From a virus (taxonomy: Duplodnaviria > Caudoviricetes), in IMG/VR virus record IMGVR_UViG_3300022897_000005, positions 1-43,638 of that record: a DNA stretch of 43,638 nt; one strand, given 5' to 3'. Of this stretch, positions 23,725-33,411 are shown one piece after another. The position numbers were made by a program, and so were the translations under genes. A model generated the notes under the pieces. The model ran no database searches and was not told the origin of the DNA. It saw only the letters and a list, made by a program, of their open reading frames with translations. The number at the start of each line of letters is the position of its first letter. Positions within the stretch are counted from its first letter, which is position 1.

Positions 23725-26451
23725 TCAGAAGATGATCGTAGTGGGATAGGCCAGCTCGACCTTGGAGCCCACAGCGTGAGCCTTGCTGCCGCCGTTCACG
23801 CCTCGGGTCACTGTGAGGATCTGCCGGCCGTTGGCGATGTTCAGGTCTCCCACGTCGGTGACCGTCATGACCTCTCCGTTGATTCGGATGTCAAACGGCA
23901 CCTCCGCCGGCTGAGTAGAGGTGGGCGCCCAGGTGGAATACGGGTCTCCATTGTTCTGAACCGTGATGGTGACCGAGCCCGAGCCCGGGGCCAGGGCGCA
24001 CGTGGAGTTGTCCGCGTCCGCCCGGAGGTCCGAGTCATCCAGCGTGGAAACGTCCCAGGGCAGGGCGGTTGAACAGTTCATCTGGACGTACCAACGATGC
24101 GGCCAGAGGGTGGCCTGGTAGCCCTCCACGATCACGTCCGGGTCGTACCCGAGGATCTGATCCCGGCCGGTCACCACCTGCATCCGGAACCCGAACTGCC
24201 GGCCCCGCCAGATCTGGACGGCGGCCGGATTCCGGGTCAATTCAAAGGTGATCTGCGGCCAGCGCATGGCCGGATAGGTCCCGAGGTAGAGACGCCAGCC
24301 ACCCAGATCCGGGAGCTGATCATCGCTTTCTACGATCACGGTCACGGGGTCCGGATACTCACCGTTGAGCGCGATCGAGTCATCGTCCTGGACCGTGACG
24401 CTGGAGCCGCCGTCTCTGGTCATGATGATCTTGTTCTTCAGTCGCTGGTCATCGGTGATCCCGCGCGGGGCCGAGGTGAGGTGCCCACTGGCCACGGTGA
24501 GGATCAGATCCACGGTCTGCCGGAATCGGGCTGAGTGCGGCCTGAAGCCCAGCCCGTTGTCCCGTTCGTACAGAATCCCAAAGTCCGCGTCCTGGCACTG
24601 CCGCAGCACGGTCAGCACGTCCGTGATCGGCTGAGGCCCCATGGGCACCGACTCGCCCGCCTCCACCATGACCGGGATGCCGGCCTCGGCACAGACTCGG
24701 GTGACCCGGTCACTGGCCAGCTCCCCGGAGTAGCCCGAGCTGACCAGGCTGAACGTGTTGGTGACGAACGGCAGCGTGTTCGGGCCAGACCACGCGTGAG
24801 CCAGCAAGGTGCCGACCGGGAGGTTGTGCGCCGGATTGATCGTCCCGCCCAGGGGCTTGGTATCGGTCGTGCTGGCATGATTCCCGCTAATGGCGTAGTA
24901 GACCACCTGGCCGACCTCATGGGAGATGAAGTCCCATTCGGTATTGGCCCCGACCACGTCAGTCTCCAACTGCCAGGCGCACCATTCGGTGATATCCACC
25001 CCGTGCGCCGAGGAGCTGGAGGAGAGCAGAGTTCCGGCGGAGTTGTACGCCTCCATATAAATGGCCCCGGCATCAAGGCTGAAGCGCCAGTAGGCAGCAG
25101 CGCCAGTGCTATTCCAGGTGACGATGTAGACCCGAGAGCCGGGGATCGAGTCGAACTTGGTCAGCAACATCTGAGACATGCCGTGCACCCCGGACGGCAA
25201 CGCCTTGGTGGAGGGGATGCTGAAGCGGACCTCGGCCGTGATGTCTCCGATGGAGATGGCCGGGCCGCCGCCGTCTGGTCCTTGCCCGCCCGAGGGCGTG
25301 ATGTCTCCAACGATCTGAGCCGCCCGGATGCCGTTGACCGAGCTGGCTAGAGAGGTGGAGCGCGGCCCATCTTCAAACGTCCAGTAGCCACTCGGCCCGT
25401 ATGAGGGGAGCTGCCGGGTCAGGGCGGAGAGCTGATTGCCCTTGCCCTGCTCCAGCCGGCGAATGATGCCGTTGGCCGTGATGGCTGCCCAGCAGTTGTT
25501 TCCGGACTGGTCCCATTCCGTCGGCCACTGACTCACCAGGCCGGCCCACTCGAAACCGATCGTCTGATAGTTGTCATAGGTCAAAAGATTGGTGGCACTG
25601 TTCGAATTGGTTCCGTTGCGGACAGCCACCATCCCGGTGGAACGTCCGGTCAGACCGCCGGCCGAAGCCGAGACTTGCCAGTCCGTTGGCTCCGATCCTG
25701 CAACAGCCCAGGCACTGGCATAAACCCGATCCGCTGAAGCCATCACGTGAACACGCCATCCCGAGCCACCCGAATAGGCGCCCAGAGCTACCGTGCCCAA
25801 AACGACACCGCCGCTTCCTGCCACATTCCGCAGAATGCGCAGACGCGCGGTTCCGTCTGTCTGAAACTCCACTACGGCCCAGATGTAATTGGAGCCGTTC
25901 GTGTATCGGACCACAGGTCCGCCGTAGTAGCTGGCGCCCGTAGCCGTAGCTGCTGGAATGATCGTCAGCATCATGTCCACGTCAATGGCTGAGCCACCGT
26001 TATTGATGACCGTAGCGGACAGATTGGCCGGCCCGGAGTAGGCGGCCACTGACCCAGTAACGGACCAGAGACCGGCCACGCTCCAGGTGTTACCCGTGTC
26101 CGAGATGCCCAGGCCCGGGCTGGCCACCGTCCTGGTGAACGTGTCCGTGCATGTGAGCATGCCCACACGAATGGGCGTATTGCTGCCGAGCATTCCCCAG
26201 TACGGGCTCAGGAAATTGGACGTGGAGAATCGACCGGTCCGATTGTCCAAGGTCAGATTCATGACTCCGGCGTCAACCTGGTCCGCTTCATTCTGGCGGC
26301 CGGCGGAATAGGTGATGGCCTGGCCCCCATCCTGGCCGGGATAGCGGACGTAGGCGGAGATGTCTTCGTAATCCGGACCCCAATCGCCTACCGGGTCCAT
26401 GCCGGGGTAGAGCCAGACTCGGACATCGTACGGTGCCGCATTCAGGGTCAT
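23725..26451 (-). CDS. Large minor tail (baseplate hub) protein
   Basis: Follows the tape measure; LTLDNRTGRF, GYWTFEDG and SDRVTRVCAEAG motifs typical of actinophage minor tail proteins. Confidence 0.75.
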   Translation of the reverse strand: MTLNAAPYDVRVWLYPGMDPVGDWGPDYEDISAYVRYPGQDGGQAITYSAGRQNEADQVDAGVMNLTLDNRTGRFSTSNFLSPYWGMLGSNTPIRVGMLTCTDTFTRTVASPGLGISDTGNTWSVAGLWSVTGSVAAYSGPANLSATVINNGGSAIDVDMMLTIIPAATATGASYYGGPVVRYTNGSNYIWAVVEFQTDGTARLRILRNVAGSGGVVLGTVALGAYSGGSGWRVHVMASADRVYASAWAVAGSEPTDWQVSASAGGLTGRSTGMVAVRNGTNSNSATNLLTYDNYQTIGFEWAGLVSQWPTEWDQSGNNCWAAITANGIIRRLEQGKGNQLSALTRQLPSYGPSGYWTFEDGPRSTSLASSVNGIRAAQIVGDITPSGGQGPDGGGPAISIGDITAEVRFSIPSTKALPSGVHGMSQMLLTKFDSIPGSRVYIVTWNSTGAAAYWRFSLDAGAIYMEAYNSAGTLLSSSSSAHGVDITEWCAWQLETDVVGANTEWDFISHEVGQVVYYAISGNHASTTDTKPLGGTINPAHNLPVGTLLAHAWSGPNTLPFVTNTFSLVSSGYSGELASDRVTRVCAEAGIPVMVEAGESVPMGPQPITDVLTVLRQCQDADFGILYERDNGLGFRPHSARFRQTVDLILTVASGHLTSAPRGITDDQRLKNKIIMTRDGGSSVTVQDDDSIALNGEYPDPVTVIVESDDQLPDLGGWRLYLGTYPAMRWPQITFELTRNPAAVQIWRGRQFGFRMQVVTGRDQILGYDPDVIVEGYQATLWPHRWYVQMNCSTALPWDVSTLDDSDLRADADNSTCALAPGSGSVTITVQNNGDPYSTWAPTSTQPAEVPFDIRINGEVMTVTDVGDLNIANGRQILTVTRGVNGGSKAHAVGSKVELAYPTTIIF

Positions 26452-28493
26452 TGGATGAGATTCGCCGTTCGCACGAGGTACCGGAACATGGAGACCACTT
26501 CCTGGCTCCCGGCCAGCTCCAGTCGAATGGCCGTGGGCTGGCCGCCGCCAGACTGCTGACCGTCGCCCGAGCCACGGCTGGAGCTGGCCGAACTCATCCG
26601 ACCGGACTGGTCGGGGACGAACAGCTCTCGGCCGCCCTCACCGACCCAGTACGGAACGCCCTTGGCTACGGATCCACCGGTGGCGCGGCCGTCCCCGCCG
26701 CCCCGGATGCGCTCCAGCTGATCGTTGACCTTGTTCAGCTTGGAGTCATTGACCAGCACACTGACCGAGATCTTCTTGGAACGGACCTGGGCCAGCAAAT
26801 CCCGCACGTGCGCAACGCGCGCAGCCGAGACATCCGTACCGGTCACCTGGAGGTTGGCCTTGTAGTTGCGGGCAAACTGTTGGCCGGCCTTGCGGGCCTG
26901 ATTGAACTGCTCCTTCAGCTGATCAATCCGGCGCTGGGTCAAGCCGGCCGATCGCAGGGTGGCCTCCAGGGCGGGAGTCATGTGGCCATCGAACTGATCA
27001 CCGAGCAGGCCGGCGGCGCCCTCCACGTCCAAGGCCGCCTCAGCCAGTTCGCGGTATGCGGCCTTGGCCTCTCGGCTCTCGGACCCACTCTTCTTGGTCA
27101 CCTCGGTAGCGTTCTTCTGGGCCGCCGCCAACTTGTCCTGGGCATTGAGCAGACCGAAGACGGGATCGGTCTGAGCCTTCAGCTGCTTGGACAACTCGTC
27201 CAGCGCATCCTGTTCGCCCTGGGCCGCCCGGGTGGAATCGTCAAATTGCTGCTGGAGGGCCTTCTGCTTATCGGTCAGTTCCTTGGTCGGAGGGACCACC
27301 TCCTCGGTGGACTTCTTGACCAGGCCCATCTTCTGAGCCATGTCTCCGAGCATGCCGATCGGACCGAACAGACCAACGTTGAGCTGATGCAGCGCCTCGC
27401 CCAGAACGGGTACATCCCCGGCCCACTGAATCAGCTTGTCCAGCCAGCTGTACGTCTCGGCCAGGGCGCCGATGGCGGGAGTCAGGCCGGACATGAGCAG
27501 GTGCACGGAGTCGGTCAGATGGTCCAGGGCCTTGGCTCCGGCGTCCGAGTGGTCGGCCATCTCCTCGATGAAGCCGGCGGCATCGTTACCCACGCTGCGA
27601 GTGAGCTTGCCCAGGGACTCCATGACCGGGTGTGCGCGCGCGGCCGTGTAGACAAATGCGTCCAGGATGGCATTACCGGCAGCCAGGATGTCCGCCGTCA
27701 ACGGCTCCAGCTCGGGCCCGAGGCTCTGGAAGATCTTGCCGATTTTCGGGACGGCCGCCTGGGCCGCCGCATCCACCAGAGTCAAGGACTTCTGGAGCGG
27801 ATTCAGGAAGGAGCCCTCGGCCTCGGCCGTGATGTCCTTGGAGAACCGGCCGCCGATTTGCTTGGCGTACGCCTGGATCTGTGGATTCTTGGCGGCCAGG
27901 GCGGCGCCGCCGATGATGCCGCCGATGCCCACGCCACCGACCACGGCGGCAGCCAGCAGACCGGCCGCCTCGGGCGCGAGTGCACCGATCACGCTGACCA
28001 GGAAGGCGCCCTTCATCGGGCCGGCGGCGCCCTTGACCCCACTGGCCACGCCCTGAACGATCTTGGTTCCGATCGAGCGAGTGTCCTTGGGATCCGGGTC
28101 CGGGATCAGATCCTTGAGGAGGCTCTTGTTCTTGGTGAGATTGCGGATATCCCGCTGGAGCTTGCGTTGGACCTTGGCGATGTCTAGTCGTTGGGCCGCA
28201 TCGTCGGTGTCCGCAAACGCTCGGGCCAGGCCCTTCAGCTCATGTTCGGCCAGCTTGATCTCAGCGTCCAGCTTGGCCAGCTTCTTGCCGAGATCATCAG
28301 TCTCGTCCCCGAGATCATCGGCCGCATCTTCAGCCTTCTCGCTGGATCGGCCGAACAGGCCCAGCTTGGTGCTGGCCTTCTCGGCCTTGTCGCCTACGTC
28401 GCTGAGGTTCTTGCCGGCGGACGCCGTAGCCTGGCCGGTCTTGTCCCTGGCCAGGAGGTCCAGGATCAGCTCACGCTTGTCGCTCGCAGCCAT
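26448..28493 (-). CDS. Tape measure protein
   Basis: Ala-rich and helical; LDLLARDKT start and RATGGSV...YWVGEGGRELFVP end; follows the chaperones. Confidence 0.88.
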   Translation of the reverse strand: MAASDKRELILDLLARDKTGQATASAGKNLSDVGDKAEKASTKLGLFGRSSEKAEDAADDLGDETDDLGKKLAKLDAEIKLAEHELKGLARAFADTDDAAQRLDIAKVQRKLQRDIRNLTKNKSLLKDLIPDPDPKDTRSIGTKIVQGVASGVKGAAGPMKGAFLVSVIGALAPEAAGLLAAAVVGGVGIGGIIGGAALAAKNPQIQAYAKQIGGRFSKDITAEAEGSFLNPLQKSLTLVDAAAQAAVPKIGKIFQSLGPELEPLTADILAAGNAILDAFVYTAARAHPVMESLGKLTRSVGNDAAGFIEEMADHSDAGAKALDHLTDSVHLLMSGLTPAIGALAETYSWLDKLIQWAGDVPVLGEALHQLNVGLFGPIGMLGDMAQKMGLVKKSTEEVVPPTKELTDKQKALQQQFDDSTRAAQGEQDALDELSKQLKAQTDPVFGLLNAQDKLAAAQKNATEVTKKSGSESREAKAAYRELAEAALDVEGAAGLLGDQFDGHMTPALEATLRSAGLTQRRIDQLKEQFNQARKAGQQFARNYKANLQVTGTDVSAARVAHVRDLLAQVRSKKISVSVLVNDSKLNKVNDQLERIRGGGDGRATGGSVAKGVPYWVGEGGRELFVPDQSGRMSSASSSRGSGDGQQSGGGQPTAIRLELAGSQEVVSMFRYLVRTANLIQ

Positions 28494-28494
28494 C

Positions 28495-28764
28495 TCACAC
28501 CTCCCTGGTCAGATACAAGTAATGATCCACTATCTGGTAGACCGAGAGATCGGCCAACCGGTCAGGCGGTATATGGGCATGCATGGATATCAGCACGCCC
28601 ACAAGATCAATCAGTCGTTCGATTCCGTAATCGGCATGGTCAGCAAAGAGACCGTATCCGTCTCCGAGGTGGTGGTGTTCGGCAACACGTCCAGCGGAAG
28701 GGCCGTAACCGATCCCGGCCAATCCGGGCTCCCCCCCGGCTCCATCGGGGGCTCCTCTTTTCCC
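28495..28764 (-). CDS. Tail assembly chaperone, -1 frameshift extension
   Basis: Slippery GGGAAAA (28764-28758 on minus); the -1 frame stays open to just before the tape measure. Confidence 0.7.
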   Translation of the reverse strand, partial: GKRGAPDGAGGEPGLAGIGYGPSAGRVAEHHHLGDGYGLFADHADYGIERLIDLVGVLISMHAHIPPDRLADLSVYQIVDHYLYLTREV

Positions 28765-29084
28765 GGCTCCTGCTCTTCGTCCGGGACGCGCTCCCACTCC
28801 AAGGTCATGACGCGCGGGTTGAAGTCACCGAAGACGGGCACCTTGGCGTCGGCCAGCTTCATGGCCAGCCAGGCGGCGCCCATGTCGCCGAAAGCCGTGT
28901 CGGCCCGGAAGCCGGTCATCATGTCCACCAGCGGCGTGCCGATCTGGCGCTCGAACTGCATGAGGGTGCGGGCCGGCAGTCGGGTCCAGACCGACTCGTC
29001 ATAGATCCACCACCGATCTCCGTAGGTGGCCACGTCATCCGGGTCTGTGAACCGGAAGCGCATGGCCTTGACCAGGTTGATCAT
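28611..29084 (-). CDS. Tail assembly chaperone
   Basis: Position before the tape measure; contains the PGK slippery site. Confidence 0.75.
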   Translation of the reverse strand: MINLVKAMRFRFTDPDDVATYGDRWWIYDESVWTRLPARTLMQFERQIGTPLVDMMTGFRADTAFGDMGAAWLAMKLADAKVPVFGDFNPRVMTLEWERVPDEEQEPGKEEPPMEPGGSPDWPGSVTALPLDVLPNTTTSETDTVSLLTMPITESND

Positions 29085-29100
29085 TTGGCAGGGTTCCTTT

Positions 29101-29610
29101 CTATTTCTTCAGTCGATCAACGAACTCGTCCAAGACCTTAGCCATCTCACGTTCGACCGCGTCGGCCGCTCGATCCGTGCCTCGTTCGAAGTAGCCGCCT
29201 CGGATCGAGGTCACAGCCCAGGGATTCTTATCCCGGCTTCCGCGCCGCGCCCCTCGCCGAACGCGTCGAGAGCGGCCGAAGACCGGGTGCCGCAGTCTGC
29301 CGGCCTCCAGAGCTTTAATGTCGCGCCGCTCGTGCTCACCCTCGCCGAACAGCAGCAACCGGAAGGACGCGGACCGCGCTGCCCCTCGAAGCGCGGTCCG
29401 CCACTTCATCGACTTTGTGAACGTGTTCACATACTCACCACGCGCGGGAAGGCCGCTGTACTCCTCGGTAACCTCGGCCTGAATCGGCTTGGACACCCTG
29501 CGCAGGGCGGCGGTCATCTCCCGGCCGAGGCCCTTGTTGCCCTCGGCCTCGATCTGTTCGGCCAGGGCCTGGAGCTTGGCCTGGCCAGAGATGACCACCT
29601 CAAGCGCCAT
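29101..29610 (-). CDS. Neck/tail completion protein (HK97 gp10-like)
   Basis: VVISGQAKL start, RLRHPVFG, basic composition. Confidence 0.65.
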   Translation of the reverse strand: MALEVVISGQAKLQALAEQIEAEGNKGLGREMTAALRRVSKPIQAEVTEEYSGLPARGEYVNTFTKSMKWRTALRGAARSASFRLLLFGEGEHERRDIKALEAGRLRHPVFGRSRRVRRGARRGSRDKNPWAVTSIRGGYFERGTDRAADAVEREMAKVLDEFVDRLKK

Positions 29611-29613
29611 GTG

Positions 29614-30039
29614 CTAGTACGTGCCTACGGTCGGAACGCCGTCCACCTGGAAGGTGGCCGCGATCGGCACCCGGTCCGAAACCGAGGCGTCCACGGTCAG
29701 TTCCGTGCACCAGCACTCGCCCGAGATCTTGACCCGAGTGGCCGTAGATCCCTCCGGACCGTATTCGAATGTGGCCGTGGCGGTGGCCGTGCGCAGGGAG
29801 TTGAGCACGGTGAAGATGCCGGTGGTGGCCGTGGCGTCGAAGTGCCCCGCGATGCTGAAGGTCACGTTGGCCAGACCGGGGATGCTCTTGGTGCCCTGGT
29901 CCGTGAACGCGGTCACCTCGGACAGGGCCCGGGCACCCGGCAGACCGGACACCTGATTGAGATAGATCTTGACATCGCGCAGCGTTCCGCCGGAATCGTC
30001 CAGGCTGAACACCGCGTCTTTTCCGTGGCGGAAAGTCAA
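29614..30039 (-). CDS. Major tail (tube) protein
   Basis: Strong RBS AAGGAG; EVTAF...IPGL...FEYGPEG...SGECW...ATFQVDG. Confidence 0.75.
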   Translation of the reverse strand: MTFRHGKDAVFSLDDSGGTLRDVKIYLNQVSGLPGARALSEVTAFTDQGTKSIPGLANVTFSIAGHFDATATTGIFTVLNSLRTATATATFEYGPEGSTATRVKISGECWCTELTVDASVSDRVPIAATFQVDGVPTVGTY

Positions 30040-30054
30040 CTCGGGCTCCTTGGG

Positions 30055-30801
30055 TCAGCGCGGCGCGAACGCCAGCAGATAAGTGATGCTGCCGGTACCG
30101 GTCACATCGGTGACTGCTCGTACGTACCGGTTGATCTGGGTCCCCTTGGGGATGAGGATGCGTTGCCAGCCCACGGCCGTGACGCTGGCGAATGCCCCGC
30201 TGGCCAGGTCGGCCCAGCTGGAGTTGTCCGTGGAGTGCTGAAGCTTGATGGCCGCACTGGTCAGGCCGCTGTAGGCCGAGACATGCAACGCGGCCGTGGC
30301 CCCGCCGGTGGTGTTGGCGACCGGGCCGGCCGAGAGGCTGGTACCCCGGTCTACCGAGATGCCGTTGCCGTCCGCCGTGATGGCCGTCGGAGCCACCAGG
30401 ACGTAGCCCATGTCCGTGGATTCATCGGCCTGAGCGGTGACCGCGTATCCGAGCGCATCGGATACGGCCGCGTCCAGGGTGCTCTCCGAGACATCGCCCA
30501 GAATGAACATGGCTGGCTTACCCACGGCCGTGCCGTCCGGCAGCACCGTGATCAGGATGTTGTTGTCCACGCCCACGGCGGCCAGAACCTCGGCGGCCAG
30601 GTCGGACGAGGAGTCCGCCGGCCCGCGCAGGGACATCGATCCGGACATAAGGCCGGGAACGTAGCTCATGCCGCCGGCCGTGGTGACCACAGTGACGTCC
30701 GAGTAATTACGCTGATGCTGAGCGTTGGCGCCCGAGATGTTCCCCGAGACCACGAATTCGTTGACGTACGCCCGCACGCCCATGCCCGGGAGGAACGTCA
30801 C
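30055..30801 (-). CDS. Tail-tube-like structural protein with extra C-terminal beta domain
   Basis: N-terminal half resembles the adjacent tube protein (MTF..G, SDVT, VPGL); C-terminal KLQHSTDNSSWADL...RYVR. Confidence 0.6.
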   Translation of the reverse strand: MTFLPGMGVRAYVNEFVVSGNISGANAQHQRNYSDVTVVTTAGGMSYVPGLMSGSMSLRGPADSSSDLAAEVLAAVGVDNNILITVLPDGTAVGKPAMFILGDVSESTLDAAVSDALGYAVTAQADESTDMGYVLVAPTAITADGNGISVDRGTSLSAGPVANTTGGATAALHVSAYSGLTSAAIKLQHSTDNSSWADLASGAFASVTAVGWQRILIPKGTQINRYVRAVTDVTGTGSITYLLAFAPR

Positions 30802-31244
30802 TGCGCCACCACCTCAATGATCAGCTCGGCGCCGATGTACTCGACCCCCGCATATTGGATCACTCCGACCTTTCGAGATCCAGCCAGGAGGGAATAAGAG
30901 ACCAGGCCACCCAGGGTTTTGTCCGACTCCATCACGTCCTTGATCCGAGTGCCGACCCCGCCAGTGGACATGGCCGCTCGGAGGATCCGCTGGCCGTTGG
31001 TCGAATCGGCGGACTGGAGCAGGACGGAGACCAGGAAGGTGAAGGCGTCCGCACCTCGGGCGAAAGTCAGATCCCAGTCGATGTCATCGAAGTCGATGAT
31101 GAGACCGGGAACCGGGACGTCTCCGGGCACTTCGGAGTACGCATTCAGCGGGACCTGTTCACCATTGACCGTGAACATGACCTTGCCCTGGAAGAGATCC
31201 CGGAGCGCGTCCGCGATCTCATTGAGGTCGTAGTCAGCGGCCAT
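30798..31244 (-). CDS. Tail terminator / head-tail joining protein
   Basis: ATG at 31244; IKDVMESDKTLGGLV motif; synteny. Confidence 0.65.
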   Translation of the reverse strand: MAADYDLNEIADALRDLFQGKVMFTVNGEQVPLNAYSEVPGDVPVPGLIIDFDDIDWDLTFARGADAFTFLVSVLLQSADSTNGQRILRAAMSTGGVGTRIKDVMESDKTLGGLVSYSLLAGSRKVGVIQYAGVEYIGAELIIEVVAQ

Positions 31245-32131
31245 CAGGCGACCATTCCCACGCGCACGCGATACGGGGCCAGCCGCTCGGCCACCTTGGG
31301 GTTGGACCGGACACGGACCGTGTAGTCCCCGAAGCCGGCCACCCCGAACGGCGTGTCTTTCAGCTTCAGCTCTTCGGCGGCCAGCATCAGGGTGGCGCTC
31401 TTGATGTCCGAGGGCACGGCCGCCCAGCCCCATGCGGCGGTCACGGTGCAGCGCGCCACGGTGAGACCCCACCCCGCCCAAGAGCTGGCCCAGGAGATCC
31501 GGAGATAGGGCCAGCCCTCCAGTCCGTCCAGCACGCCGTCCGAGGGCTCCAAGAAGTAACTCGTTCCCAAGTCGGCCCATGCCGTGCCGTTGATGATCAG
31601 CCCGTCCGTGGTCCAGAAGTCATCCGTCTGGACGCCCGAGGGCCGCACTTCATAGGTTCTAGACGTCGCATCGGCCACCTCTGTCCGGCCGAAGCTCCGG
31701 CCGCAGTAGCGATCCACCTGGCGACTGGCCGCCTCCAGGGCATCTTCCAGATCCGACTCCACGTAGGTGTTGGTATCCGGGATGGCCTGGCGCCGCTTCA
31801 GCTCGGACACGGTGGCGTACGTTCCGCCGGCCGCCGTGGTGGAGACCAGCGTGATGATCTCCGTGGCGGTCACCGTGTCGGTCTGGGCATCGGTGCCCGT
31901 CCACGCCACCAGATAGTCCGTGAGGGCCAGGGCGCCGCCGGGGGTCCATGTGTATGCGTTGATGCCCGTTGAGGGCGTGGAGACGCCCGTGGCGGTCGGA
32001 CCGAGCACAGCCGCGCCGCCGGCCAACGGGGTGATGGTGATCGTCACGCCGGTCACGGCGGCCAGAGGTCCACCGGCGTACTGGCGCCATTCGGCGGAGA
32101 GGGCGGTTGCCGCTCCTCGGGTTACCTGCAT
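31244..32131 (-). CDS. Head-tail connector with N-terminal beta-sandwich extension
   Basis: YATVSELK...AASRQVDRYCGRSF...WGWAAVPSDIKSATLMLA; ATG at 32131. Confidence 0.75.
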   Translation of the reverse strand: MQVTRGAATALSAEWRQYAGGPLAAVTGVTITITPLAGGAAVLGPTATGVSTPSTGINAYTWTPGGALALTDYLVAWTGTDAQTDTVTATEIITLVSTTAAGGTYATVSELKRRQAIPDTNTYVESDLEDALEAASRQVDRYCGRSFGRTEVADATSRTYEVRPSGVQTDDFWTTDGLIINGTAWADLGTSYFLEPSDGVLDGLEGWPYLRISWASSWAGWGLTVARCTVTAAWGWAAVPSDIKSATLMLAAEELKLKDTPFGVAGFGDYTVRVRSNPKVAERLAPYRVRVGMVA

Positions 32132-32715
32132 CAGAGCGCCTTCTGGAAGATGCCATCGGCGAAGAAGTTCACGCCCGCCGATGAACTGGTGGGGAAGGCG
32201 ATGTCCGCCGAGGTGAGGAAGTAGCCAGCGGGGTTGGCCGTGACCAGGTCTCCTGAGGTGGTGGGCCAGGACCATGATCCGGTTGCTGAGTAGCGGTTGC
32301 TGGTCCAGTAGACCCACATGTAATCCACGCCTACGGAGAGCGAGACGGGGGAGCTGAAGTCGGGGCCGCGCTCCCAGGTGTTCGGAGAGTCCATGGTCAC
32401 AGGCGTGACCGCCAGCTGGACGCCGTCCGAGAACCGGTAGAGCCCCATCTTGACCGAGGTGGGCGGGGTGCCGGGGCAGTAATACCGAGGAGCCACGGCC
32501 TGGCCGGCCGCGTTGACGTGGAACCGGGTGCCGACCGAGATGGCCGTACCCTCCTCAAAGGCGCCGCCGGCCGCCGTGTTGCCGAAGATGTTCTGGTCTG
32601 GCCCGAATCCGCCGCCGGCCGGACCGAAGTCCACCCAGGCCCCGCCGATGCGGACGGAGCCCTCCAGGGCGGAGTCCACCCAGGCGCCTCCGATGCGGAC
32701 CTGGGCCGCGCTCAC
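32131..32715 (-). CDS. DUF4082-like beta-sandwich virion protein
   Basis: SVGTRFHVNAAG...RYY...NFFADGIF; duplicated VRIGGAWVD at the N-terminus. Confidence 0.6.
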   Translation of the reverse strand: MSAAQVRIGGAWVDSALEGSVRIGGAWVDFGPAGGGFGPDQNIFGNTAAGGAFEEGTAISVGTRFHVNAAGQAVAPRYYCPGTPPTSVKMGLYRFSDGVQLAVTPVTMDSPNTWERGPDFSSPVSLSVGVDYMWVYWTSNRYSATGSWSWPTTSGDLVTANPAGYFLTSADIAFPTSSSAGVNFFADGIFQKAL

Positions 32716-33221
32716 GCGTGGATCCAGACGTCGCCGTTCACCGGGCTGGCGGGCGTGGTGGCGCCTACGTAGATCTTGGCGTCCGTGGCCGTGCCGTAGA
32801 CCCCGGCCGTGTCGTACATGATCACGGTGTACTGGGTGTGCGGATCGGCAGCCGCCACGTGCGTAGCAACCGCATCGCCCGCCGCAACGTTGGTGCTCCC
32901 CGTGCCCACGTTCTTGCCGGCGGCATCCCCGAGAGCGGACTCCAGAGCGTACTGAGTATGCGGATCAGAAGCGGCCACGTGCAGACCGGGAACGTCCCCG
33001 GCCGCCGCCGTGGAGCTGGACGTCCCGATGGTCAGGCTGGAGGTGCCAGCGCCGATGGCCGTCCGGCCGGCCGCCTGACTGGCCGCCGTCAGGACCGAAC
33101 GGCCTACCGTGGTGGAGTCGGAGATGTCGGTGGCCACCAGCGTGACGTTGCCTGTCTTACCGGCCACCGAGTCAACCGCGCCCGAGCCGGCCGGGACTCC
33201 CGTGTATCCGTCAGCCGTCAT
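32712..33221 (-). CDS. Fiber-like structural protein
   Basis: VDSVAGKTGNVTL motif, two HVAAxDPHTQY repeats, PVNGDVWI end. Confidence 0.65.
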   Translation of the reverse strand: MTADGYTGVPAGSGAVDSVAGKTGNVTLVATDISDSTTVGRSVLTAASQAAGRTAIGAGTSSLTIGTSSSTAAAGDVPGLHVAASDPHTQYALESALGDAAGKNVGTGSTNVAAGDAVATHVAAADPHTQYTVIMYDTAGVYGTATDAKIYVGATTPASPVNGDVWIHA

Positions 33222-33411
33222 CGTGCTTGATCCTCGCTTCAGTCTCAAGCGCTATCTCATTCAGGTGCCATGGAGAGGTGACAGCCTGGACCAGCATCTT
33301 GCCAACTTCGGGATCGATCATGAACCCCAGGCACGGATCTGAATCGCTCGGCTCGTCGCCGAGCTGGAGGTATAGATTGCGACCATTACGACGACCCTGG
33401 CGGATCTTCAC
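33211..33411 (-). CDS. Small hypothetical protein
   Basis: GTGA overlap at 33411 (MKIRQGRRNGRNLYLQ...). Confidence 0.6.
   Translation of the reverse strand: MKIRQGRRNGRNLYLQLGDEPSDSDPCLGFMIDPEVGKMLVQAVTSPWHLNEIALETEARIKHDDG

Noticed and set aside
26433-30897. Long plus-strand ORFs (e.g. 26433-28187, 29026-30897; also 34750-36390, 37959-39608, 5284-6834)
   Set aside because: Antisense shadows of high-GC genes, with no motifs and His/Gly/Arg-rich antisense composition.
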